Positions 18,179 through 27,036 of a stretch of 50,280 bases of DNA are shown here, piece by piece; position 1 is the first letter of the stretch, and each line of letters opens with the position of its first letter. The notes below the pieces were generated by a model. It had not been told where the DNA came from, made no database searches, and saw nothing but the letters and a program-made list of their open reading frames with translations. The stretch is from positions 128,001-178,280 of the IMG/VR virus record IMGVR_UViG_3300032046_000003; one strand, 5' to 3'. A program made the position numbers and the translations under genes. Source of the stretch: a virus. Taxonomy: Duplodnaviria; Heunggongvirae; Uroviricota; Caudoviricetes.

Positions 18179-18576
18179 AAGATAATACTGAAGTCGACGA
18201 ATTTATATCATCAATGGGCTCCAGCAAATCTAAGATACCTATCACTTATCAATCTAGCGAAGTAGAGACCATTGTCGAGAAAATAGGGGGTCAGGTTTTA
18301 AACAGAAAGCAAAGATATGATAACGGAATTGACGTCGTTTTACAATGTTCTGGATGTGGTGAATATATAGTGCAAGGCAAAGAGACGAATGATCAGGTCG
18401 ATGAAAGCAAAATATACTGTTTTAGATGTCGCGAATATAAAGTAAGAAAAAATATATTAATATGGTCAAAGAATAATTTATGGATGAAGCCAGAAATGCC
18501 TACAATGAGAGTAGAATATGAGAAATTGATCAATGAGTTTATTAAGAATAACAAGCCAAAAATAATTAAGATATAG
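18175..18576 (+). CDS. Zn-ribbon hypothetical protein
   Basis: CSGC...CFRC. Confidence 0.55.
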   Translation: MKDNTEVDEFISSMGSSKSKIPITYQSSEVETIVEKIGGQVLNRKQRYDNGIDVVLQCSGCGEYIVQGKETNDQVDESKIYCFRCREYKVRKNILIWSKNNLWMKPEMPTMRVEYEKLINEFIKNNKPKIIKI

Positions 18577-18584
18577 GAGATAAT

Positions 18585-19295
18585 ATGCCTACGGGAATTT
18601 ATATAAGGACTAAAAAACATAATAAAAATATTTCAAAAACACTAAAAAAGACTTGGGTTAAAATAAAAAATAGCGCCTGTACTTTAAATAGAAATAAAAA
18701 AATAAGTAAGGCTAATAAAGGCAGGCTTTCTCCTAAAAAAAATAAAAATTATGAGGAATTTTATGGGATAAAAAGATCTAAAGAAATAAAAATAAAACAG
18801 AGTAAAGCTAAAAAAGGTAAAATATTTTCGCAGCAACATTGTAAAAATATAAGCATCTCTCAAAGTGGATTAAATAAGAATAAGACTTATGAAGAAAGAT
18901 TGGGAGCGGAAAAAGCAAAAAAATGTAAAATAAAACAAAGGCTAAAAGCTATACAAAGAATAGAGAATAATTATGGCAAATGTGAACCTAATTATAATTT
19001 AAAAGCCTGTAAAGTATTAAGACAATTTGATAAAATTAACAATACAAAAGGTCAATATGCAGTTTATGGTGACGGAGAGTATTTAATAAAAGGCTTACAT
19101 TATTTCCTTGATTATATAAATTTCGATAAGAAATTAATTATAGAAATTGATGAGAAACATCACTTTGATAAATTTGATAATTTAAAACTAAAAGATATTG
19201 AAAGACAACAGGAAATTCAAAAAATTTACCCAGATTTCAAATTTCTAAGATTTAAAGATAAAGAAATGGATAAAATTTTGGAGATAAAAATATGA
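18585..19295 (+). mobile_element. free-standing homing endonuclease (same family, more divergent)
   Basis: MPTGIYIRT, YEE.YG repeats, YFLDYINFDKKLIIEIDEKHH, DIERQQEIQKIYPDFKF. Confidence 0.8.
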
Positions 19296-19717
19296 AAGAT
19301 AGTTTGAGCTATGTGATAATTTATATAATTATCTCGGTGCCTGTAATTGTTATTACAGTGTCTATTTCATATTTTATATTGCAAATAATTCCATCATTTA
19401 AAATATTTCTTGAGAAAAGAGGTCAAATAGGAGATAAAATAATTGTTGTTAATCCCCAATCAAGTCAACAGCCTGTCGCAAATGATTTTTCAGGATTGGC
19501 AGAAATTATAGCGAAAATTACATCAGGACAAAAAGTTGACGCACCGGCTGGACTTAGTGATAAGGAACAAGAAGAAAAATTTGAAGAGATGAAACATAGG
19601 GTATTTATTGCGCCTGATAAAAAAACTTCTACAACAAATTTTGAATCTTTAGGTCAAGAGACTACTAAAAAGGATAATATTAATAAAACAGTGAAATTAC
19701 TAAAAAAGGATAAATAA
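19292..19717 (+). CDS. membrane-anchored hypothetical protein
   Basis: Long N-terminal hydrophobic helix. Confidence 0.6.
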   Translation: MKDSLSYVIIYIIISVPVIVITVSISYFILQIIPSFKIFLEKRGQIGDKIIVVNPQSSQQPVANDFSGLAEIIAKITSGQKVDAPAGLSDKEQEEKFEEMKHRVFIAPDKKTSTTNFESLGQETTKKDNINKTVKLLKKDK

Positions 19718-19718
19718 T

Positions 19719-20453
19719 ATGCCCAAAGGAATATATATACGAACTAAACAAAATATTGAAAATTTAAGTAAGGTGCATAAAAATTTACCAAGTCCAATGC
19801 TGGGTAAACATCACACTAAAAACGCCAAAAAACTACAAAGTAAATTTAGAAAAAACAAGACCTATGAAGAGATTTATGGGGTAAAAAATGCCAAAGAACA
19901 AAGAAAAATAAAGGTTAGGGCTATATTAGGAAATAAAAATCCTATGAAAAATCCAAATATTGCATTAAAAGTTAGTTTATCACTTAAGAATAGAAAATTA
20001 ACTGAAGAACATAAAAACAGTTTAAGCGAATCTCATAAAGGAATAAAATATTCAAAAGAACGAAATAAAAAAATAAGTAAAAAAAATAAAATTATTTTAA
20101 ATACGCCAGAAATTAAAGCAAAAATACGTCAAAAAGCTGTTCAAAGAATACTTTTAAACAATGGTTATTTTCCATCTTACAGTAAACAACAAGTAGAGTT
20201 TTTTAAAAGTTATGATAAACAACACAACACTAATGGTCAATATGCAACAAACCCACATGAGCATTATATTAAAGAGCTTGGTTATTGGCCAGATTATATC
20301 AATTTTGATAAGAAACTTATAATGGAATATGATGAAAAACATCATTACAATAAAAATGATAAACTTAAAAAAGAAGACATAATTCGACAAAAAGAAATTC
20401 AAGATTTTTATCCAGAATTTAAATTCATAAGAATAAAGGAGAACGCTATATGA
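19719..20453 (+). mobile_element. free-standing homing endonuclease
   Basis: MPKGIYIRT, MLGKHHT, LGYWPDYINFDKKLIMEYDEKHH; C-terminal half closely similar to 14829-15509. Confidence 0.8.
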
Positions 20454-21217
20454 AGGGTGTGGTACTTTGTGGAGGGCTCGGGACTAGGTTGGGTCTCATC
20501 ACTCAAAGGGTGACAAACAAACATTGTTTGCCGGTATATAATACACCTATGATAATTTATCCTTTGAGAACGCTAGTTAAAGCAGGAATAACAGATATTT
20601 GCATAGTGACAGGGGGAAGATATAAGGGTCATATACTGGATTTATTAGGAAACGGAAAGGAATTCGGAATTAATTATTTAACATATGAGTTTCAATATGG
20701 GGAAGGCGGAATAGCTGAGGCTTTAAGTTTATGTGAAAGATTTGTAGAGAGCGATAATTGTTGCGTCATATTAGGCGATAATGTATTTGAGACGTTTGAT
20801 TTAAAAAGCATTGTTAATGAATTTGATAAACAAAATGAGCCAGAGGTTGCCATGAGAATAAAAACCAAGCCGCCTAAAGCTAATTTATTTTTAACTAATG
20901 TAAAAGATCCTCAAAGATTTGGAATAGCAGAAATTAAAAATAACAAAATTATTAATATAGAAGAAAAACCCGCAATTCCTAAAACAGATTTAGCAGTCAC
21001 CGGTCTTTATATGTATGACAATAATGTTTTTGATTTTATTAGAGAGATAAAACCCAGTCAAAGAAATGAGTTAGAAGTGACCGATTTAAATAATTTATAT
21101 AAAGAAAGAGGCAAATTAAGCTATACAATACTGAATACTTTTTGGAGTGATGCAGGAACACCTGACAGCCTCTTAAGTTGCTCAGAGTGGGTAAAGGAAA
21201 AAAATAAAAATGCATAA
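20450..21217 (+). CDS. rmlA: glucose-1-phosphate thymidylyltransferase
   Basis: GVVLCGGLGTRL, NKHCLPVY, ILGDN, EEKP, AVTGLYMYD, RNELEVTD, WSDAGT. Confidence 0.9.
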   Translation: MKGVVLCGGLGTRLGLITQRVTNKHCLPVYNTPMIIYPLRTLVKAGITDICIVTGGRYKGHILDLLGNGKEFGINYLTYEFQYGEGGIAEALSLCERFVESDNCCVILGDNVFETFDLKSIVNEFDKQNEPEVAMRIKTKPPKANLFLTNVKDPQRFGIAEIKNNKIINIEEKPAIPKTDLAVTGLYMYDNNVFDFIREIKPSQRNELEVTDLNNLYKERGKLSYTILNTFWSDAGTPDSLLSCSEWVKEKNKNA

Positions 21218-22166
21218 TATACTCATAACAGGCGGCTGCGGATTTATAGGCAGCAATTTTATTAAACATATCATGGATAAAAAAGATTTCAATTTGTTAA
21301 TCAACGTGGATAAGCTAACATACGCCGGCTCAATGTTGAATGTTGTTGATTTAAATCTAGACACAAATCATGTATTTATTAAGACGGATATAAACGATAA
21401 AGCGGCGATCAAATACATTTTGGACAATTACAATATAGACTATATTGTTAATTTTGCGGCCGAAAGTCATGTTGATAGAAGCATTGAAGATAGCGATGCA
21501 TTTATGCATTCTAACATATTAGGCGTAAAAAATCTTTTGGATTGTTGTAGAGAATATGGCAAGCTTAAATTATTTATTCAAATATCGACAGATGAGGTTT
21601 ACGGGAGCGCCAAACCGGGGCAATCATTTAAAGAGGACGCTTCATTTAATCCAGGTTCGCCCTATGCGGCATCAAAAGCGGCCGCCGAGATGATATGCAA
21701 GGCGTATGCTAATACTTACAAAATACCCATAACTATCACAAGGTGCAGCAATAATTACGGTCCAAAGCAATACCCTGAAAAATTGATACCAGTGGTTATA
21801 AGCAAGGCTTTAAATAACGAGAAGATCCCGGTGTATGGAGACGGAAAGAACGAGAGAGAGTGGATTTATGTTGACGACCACTGCGAGGCGATATACCAGA
21901 TAATAAAGAACAATATCATTAATAAAATATACAATATATCTAGTAAGCATAAAATGAGCAATTTAAGTTTGATTAAAATTATACTTAATAAACTTGATAA
22001 AAAAACCAATTTAATAGAATTTGTAGCTGATAGATTAGGACATGATAGAATATATTCTATCAATTCTAATAAGATACGAAAAGAACTTAAGTGGAAACCA
22101 ACAACTAATTTTTATGATGGTTTATCGACAACAATTAGATGGTATAGGGAGAGATATAATGCCTAA
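21210..22166 (+). CDS. rmlB: dTDP-glucose 4,6-dehydratase
   Basis: TGGCGFIGSNF, DKLTYAG, FAAESHVDRSI, STDEVYG, SPYAASKA, DRLGHD. Confidence 0.95.
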   Translation: MHNILITGGCGFIGSNFIKHIMDKKDFNLLINVDKLTYAGSMLNVVDLNLDTNHVFIKTDINDKAAIKYILDNYNIDYIVNFAAESHVDRSIEDSDAFMHSNILGVKNLLDCCREYGKLKLFIQISTDEVYGSAKPGQSFKEDASFNPGSPYAASKAAAEMICKAYANTYKIPITITRCSNNYGPKQYPEKLIPVVISKALNNEKIPVYGDGKNEREWIYVDDHCEAIYQIIKNNIINKIYNISSKHKMSNLSLIKIILNKLDKKTNLIEFVADRLGHDRIYSINSNKIRKELKWKPTTNFYDGLSTTIRWYRERYNA

Positions 22167-22911
22167 AAAAGGATATAAGCAAACAGAATTACATAGAAAA
22201 AATACGAGCATATCTATGAAAGGTAAAAGACATGATTCACCTATAAAAGATATGACTTATGAACAAAAATATGGAGTTGATAAGGCTAAAGAAATTAAAA
22301 CAAAGCAAAGTAGAAGCAGAAAATATATAAAGTTCTCAGAACAATGGTGCGAAAATATAAGCAAAGCCAAAAAAGGTCTAAATAAAAATAAGACTTACAG
22401 CGAAATGTATGGTATTGAAAAAGCACAAGAAATTAGAAAAAAACAAAGTAAAGCTCTTAAAAATAAACATTATAAAGATAAAACTTATGAAGAGAGATAT
22501 GGAATTGAAACTGCTAAAAAATTAATAAAAAAATTGAGTGAAGCAAAAAAAGGTAAAAACCAAACAGAATCTGCAAAAATAAAAACTAGACAAAAAGCAG
22601 TAGAAAGAGTCTTATTAAACAATGGTAAATTCCCTTCTTACAGCAAAGAACAAGTTGAATATTTTAAAAACTATGATATTAAAAACAATACTAATGGACA
22701 ATACGCAACTAATCCTCACGAATATTACATTAAAGAATTAGGTTATTGGCCAGATTATATAGATTTTAATAATAATCTTATTATGGAATACGATGAAAAA
22801 CATCATAGTAAACCTAAAAATAAATCTAAAGACGTAATTCGTCAAAAAGAGATTCAGCAATTATATCCAGATTTTAAATTTATAAGAATAGGAGATAATA
22901 ATCATGTCTAA
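22159..22911 (+). mobile_element. free-standing homing endonuclease
   Basis: Start likely MPKKGY at 22159; three TYE(E/Q)xYG-type repeats; LGYWPDYIDF...MEYDEKHH. Confidence 0.8.
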
Positions 22912-23701
22912 TCGCGTCTTGATATGCGTAACTTCTTATAACAGACAACCCTACACCAAACAATGTTTAGAGGCGTTGTTCAATTATACAAGCGAGCCTT
23001 TTGATTTAATTGTGGTAGATAATGGTTCAGCAGCACCTTCATTAGAACTATTAAAGAATTTTGAAGATAAAAAATATGGCAATGGTTCAACTTCAAGAGT
23101 AGTATATAATGGAACTAATTTAGGGGTATCAAAAGCCTTAAACATAGGAATGAGATTGAGGCAACCCGGGCAACACTACATGAAGCTCGACAATGACATG
23201 GTATTGCCAAATAATTACGAGAGCTGGCTGACTGAGATGATAGACATCACCGAGAACAGCAGACGAGATATTGACAATGTAAAATTGGTAGCATTATCGC
23301 CATTTAATTATAATAGGCCTATGTCTGAACATTTTCCTAGGCGTTTTTTGGATTTAACCAATGGGCACAGATATGAAATAGAGGACCCTATGCCATACGC
23401 TTGTTTGGGGGCAGGAAAATTTGTGCATTCAGATGTTATAGACAGAATAGGCGGATATAACGAAAAGTTCGGATTGTATGGATTTGAAGACACTGATTAT
23501 GGCAACAGGGCAATAAGAGTGGGGTTTAAAAATGTATATCACGCAAAAGTTCAGGCAAAGCACATAGATGCCGAAAATTTGCCAGAAAGCGCTGAATTAA
23601 GGGCTTTAAAGACCAATGCTCTGAGACATAATGGAATACTGGCTGGAAACGCCAGGATAGAATACGCTCATGACGGCGGAAAGGTTCGCATTCCGCTTTA
23701 A
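22904..23701 (+). CDS. GT2 family glycosyltransferase
   Basis: TSYNR, VVDNGS, NLGVSKALN, KLDND, GLYGFEDTDY. Confidence 0.9.
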   Translation: MSNRVLICVTSYNRQPYTKQCLEALFNYTSEPFDLIVVDNGSAAPSLELLKNFEDKKYGNGSTSRVVYNGTNLGVSKALNIGMRLRQPGQHYMKLDNDMVLPNNYESWLTEMIDITENSRRDIDNVKLVALSPFNYNRPMSEHFPRRFLDLTNGHRYEIEDPMPYACLGAGKFVHSDVIDRIGGYNEKFGLYGFEDTDYGNRAIRVGFKNVYHAKVQAKHIDAENLPESAELRALKTNALRHNGILAGNARIEYAHDGGKVRIPL

Positions 23702-23801
23702 GGATGATAAATGAGTAAATCTATAATAAGAGGAATTAAAACAAATCCAGCTGAAGAAGAAATGCACAAGATTTTAAAACTTAAAATTGAGGGAAATATA
23801 A

Positions 23802-24575
23802 ATGCATAATCCTATTTTAGTGGCAATGCTTTCATATAATAGAGTAGACTTTACTCAACAAGCCATAGAAGCATTATATAAAAATACCGATCTAATGTTT
23901 GATTTGGTTATTTTAGATAATGGTTCTAATGATGAGACTGTCAAGTATTTAAAGTCATTAAATAAAGAAAATTTACATATAATATATGAGCCTGTAAATA
24001 TAGGAGTTTCCAAAGGAATGAATGTGATATTAGAACATAGAATGAAAGATCAGCATTTTATGAAACTCGATAATGATATGGTTTTTGATGATAGTACCAG
24101 TAAAGATTGGCTCGAAACGATAATACACTTGTTAGAATTTCCGTTAGAAATTAACGTGAATGATCCCCGGATTAAAAAAACAAATGTTTGTAAAATAGGC
24201 GCAATTGGATTAAAGCCGTATAAATTATTGCCAGAATTTGAAAATAAAATAAATGTTCTGGGCATTAATTTAGAATTGCCGCCAGAAGGAACTTTAGGCT
24301 GCGCCACGGTCTACAAGAATGAAATATTCGATAAAATAGGGAAATTTAACGAGGAATACGACAAATACGGATATGAAGACCCGGACCTAAACATTAGATT
24401 AGGCATGTCAAACTATATAACGTGTTTTTGGCCAGAAATAAAAATAGCTCATATTGACCCAGGCGGTGAAACAGACTATATGAAATGGAAGCAATTAATG
24501 GCTGTAAAAAACAATAAGTTGTATTTTGATAATTATAATGACTATAAGGGCGGTAAGAAGAAGGTAAAAATATGA
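23802..24575 (+). CDS. GT2 family glycosyltransferase
   Basis: LSYNR, ILDNGSND, KLDND, YGYEDPD; paralogue of 22904-23701. Confidence 0.9.
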   Translation: MHNPILVAMLSYNRVDFTQQAIEALYKNTDLMFDLVILDNGSNDETVKYLKSLNKENLHIIYEPVNIGVSKGMNVILEHRMKDQHFMKLDNDMVFDDSTSKDWLETIIHLLEFPLEINVNDPRIKKTNVCKIGAIGLKPYKLLPEFENKINVLGINLELPPEGTLGCATVYKNEIFDKIGKFNEEYDKYGYEDPDLNIRLGMSNYITCFWPEIKIAHIDPGGETDYMKWKQLMAVKNNKLYFDNYNDYKGGKKKVKI

Positions 24576-25006
24576 TAAATTTTTTAGATAATGTATTTGG
24601 CGTTGCAGATGAATATTTTAAAGACGAAAAAGAATTTAGGCATTTTGGTGGCAATCATCTAAACAAGCTAATAAATAAGCATTGCAGAAAAGACATGACG
24701 GTGATCGACGGCGATTGCATCCAACATAAAATCAACTTAAATGGTAAAGAATACATTAGAGACATAGAGTATAAGCATCATAAGGATTCAATGTCACAAG
24801 TTCAACTTAATTTATTATTGAGGAGAGCCAAGGATGCTAAAATAGTTATGGAACATGAACCCGATCAAGTAAGGCAAGTATACATAATTCAGTCTGATTA
24901 TCCTTTTCAAAGAAACAACATAGTAAAAAACCTAATAACGGGGGCTTCTAAAACTCTTAATTATGATGATTTTATAAAATTTTTAAATTTCGAGTTGGAG
25001 GTATGA
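24572..25006 (+). CDS. hypothetical protein, possible PD-(D/E)XK-fold
   Basis: IDGD...DIEYK pattern only. Confidence 0.4.
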   Translation: MINFLDNVFGVADEYFKDEKEFRHFGGNHLNKLINKHCRKDMTVIDGDCIQHKINLNGKEYIRDIEYKHHKDSMSQVQLNLLLRRAKDAKIVMEHEPDQVRQVYIIQSDYPFQRNNIVKNLITGASKTLNYDDFIKFLNFELEV

Positions 25007-25007
25007 A

Positions 25008-25682
25008 TTGATAGATATAATAATTCCTTCAGGTAATATAAAACATTTAACGCATCAATGTATTAATAGTTTATCATCATTTGATGCAGGAATGTCTTTT
25101 GAAACAATAATTGTTGACAACAGCGATGGAGAGCCTTTCAAATTGCTTGCAAATTTTAAAGTTGAAGGAATTAGAATAATCAGACTGAATGGTCAACAAG
25201 GGTTTGCAAAAGCGGTTAATGCGGGATTAAAAGAGTCTAAAAATGAATATAAACTAATTCTTAATAATGACACCGTAATAAAACATAATAATTGGTTGGC
25301 TAACCTGCATAAATGTTTTAATCATCAAGAAAAAATAGGCATAGTTAGTCCTACGACAAATTTCATAGCTGTAAATGAGGCTAGATGCCCAGGAATAGAA
25401 CAATTGCCTAACAAATACATAGAAACCTCAGTAGTTTCTGCAGTTTGCTGGCTTGCAAATCAAAAAATAATAGAAGATATAGGATTGATGGACGAACAAT
25501 TTATGAATGCCTTTGATGATGCGGATTATTGTAAAAGAGTCAAAGAAAAAGGATATAAAATATTCATTGACGGATTCACCTTTATACAGCACCTTGGAAG
25601 TCAAACAGTTTCTAGAACTCCAGGATATTACGAGGCATTTCAACAAAGTTCAGACAAATTTACAAAAAAATGGAGGAAATAA
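25008..25682 (+). CDS. GT2 family glycosyltransferase
   Basis: IDIIIP, IVDNS, GFAKAVNAG, ILNNDT, FDDADYC. Confidence 0.9.
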   Translation: MIDIIIPSGNIKHLTHQCINSLSSFDAGMSFETIIVDNSDGEPFKLLANFKVEGIRIIRLNGQQGFAKAVNAGLKESKNEYKLILNNDTVIKHNNWLANLHKCFNHQEKIGIVSPTTNFIAVNEARCPGIEQLPNKYIETSVVSAVCWLANQKIIEDIGLMDEQFMNAFDDADYCKRVKEKGYKIFIDGFTFIQHLGSQTVSRTPGYYEAFQQSSDKFTKKWRK

Positions 25683-25683
25683 T

Positions 25684-26169
25684 ATGACAGTAAAAACACT
25701 AGACGACATATTGAAATTTAAAATAGAAGAGTTGGGCAAAACAGAAATACCAGAGTGGATAGATAAGATCGAGAAAGAATATGATACGGCGCTTGAATTA
25801 ACAGACTATGAGTTGACGCCCGCCGAACACGATATTTATGCTATAAAATTTGCCAGAATTCATGACTGGTTTACTATTCAAGTAGCAAGAGCATCATATT
25901 ATAAAGCGGAAGTGGAAGGCAAGCTAGAAAAAATATTAAGAGAAAATAAAAGAAATGCGCCCCCAAACTTTACCTCAGAAGCCTCAAGAGTTAGGTGGGT
26001 AGAAGAAAATGTACCTGATTATGGTAAAATTAAAGACGAAATGTCTCAAGCAATAGGATATTATGATTATTTTAGTGGTAAGATTGAGAGCATAAAAATA
26101 AAGCACTATCTTTGTAAGAATTTGGGCAAGTCTGAAAAGTCGGGGTTCAATATAGGATCACACACTTAA
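25684..26169 (+). CDS. helical protein, possibly UvsY-like recombination mediator
   Basis: GGAGG RBS before 25684; coiled-coil character; function is a guess. Confidence 0.4.
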   Translation: MTVKTLDDILKFKIEELGKTEIPEWIDKIEKEYDTALELTDYELTPAEHDIYAIKFARIHDWFTIQVARASYYKAEVEGKLEKILRENKRNAPPNFTSEASRVRWVEENVPDYGKIKDEMSQAIGYYDYFSGKIESIKIKHYLCKNLGKSEKSGFNIGSHT

Positions 26170-26384
26170 TGACCGAATTAAAAATAAATAAGAAAATAGA
26201 GATTGAATTAAAGCCCTACATAGACGAAATGTTGGAGCGCGTTCATAAGGTAAGGAGAAAAGGAGGTTATGCGACCATTCAGTTAAACGCTAAGGTTATT
26301 ATTCAAGACGGCAAAGTCACCCAGTTGACATTTAATGAGGAGCACATAAAAATAAAGGAGGAAGAAATATGTTCAGGGACATAA
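26169..26384 (+). CDS. hypothetical protein
   Basis: TAATG-coupled ORF. Confidence 0.5.
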   Translation: MTELKINKKIEIELKPYIDEMLERVHKVRRKGGYATIQLNAKVIIQDGKVTQLTFNEEHIKIKEEEICSGT

Positions 26385-26578
26385 CAGAGTTTATAATAGG
26401 TGGTCTAATATCGGTTCCATTGGCGATGATTGTAGTTTCTTTTATGAAATGCGAAGGTTTAAGACTGGCATTTTTTGATGTATTGCCCACAGCCATATAC
26501 ATGATAGTTATTTTTATAGTGTTTGAAGCGGCTTCGGCCTATAGAAATATGAGAGAAAGAGAAAATTTAAGGAGATAG
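26369..26578 (+). CDS. two-TM membrane protein
   Basis: AAGGAGG RBS, two hydrophobic helices. Confidence 0.55.
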   Translation: MFRDITEFIIGGLISVPLAMIVVSFMKCEGLRLAFFDVLPTAIYMIVIFIVFEAASAYRNMRERENLRR

Positions 26579-26580
26579 GT

Positions 26581-26817
26581 ATGACAGTTATATTATATAC
26601 TTTGCCTACTTGTGAAAAATGTAAAGGCCTAAAAAAAATAATGAAAGAAAGAAAAATAGAGTTTAAAGAGCTCGACTTGAGTAATCCAGATAATTTAGCT
26701 ATTTTAGTCATGAAAGGCGTTAATATTTCACTTGCTCCAATTTTGGAAATTGACGGTAAGTTTTACAATAATCATGAAGGAATTTTAAAACACTTAGAAG
26801 GAAAACGAAATGAATAA
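26581..26817 (+). CDS. glutaredoxin/NrdH-like redoxin
   Basis: ILYTLPTCEKC, APILEIDG; upstream of RNR. Confidence 0.85.
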   Translation: MTVILYTLPTCEKCKGLKKIMKERKIEFKELDLSNPDNLAILVMKGVNISLAPILEIDGKFYNNHEGILKHLEGKRNE

Positions 26818-26835
26818 AATATCGGAGATAAATTT

Positions 26836-27036
26836 ATGAAAAAGCAAAAAATTAAGATTAAAGATTTGCCAGAAGATTTTGATATGATCGGGTGTAAGTT
26901 AAAAGGTAAATATATTTATAGCGGTTGGAATAAAGGGTTTTGGATGAAAAAGAAGATGAGCGATACTGAAATGTTTCCTTTGTTTTTTAAAAGTTTTGAT
27001 GATATTAAGAATTGGGAGATAGAAATAATAAAATGA
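26836..27036 (+). CDS. hypothetical protein
   Basis: GGAG RBS, ATGA overlap with nrdD. Confidence 0.5.
   Translation: MKKQKIKIKDLPEDFDMIGCKLKGKYIYSGWNKGFWMKKKMSDTEMFPLFFKSFDDIKNWEIEIIK

Noticed and set aside
23711-23809. 32-aa ORF MSKSIIRGIKTNPAEEEMHKIL as an endonuclease remnant
   Set aside because: Resemblance to Vsr/DUF559 N-termini is too short to support.
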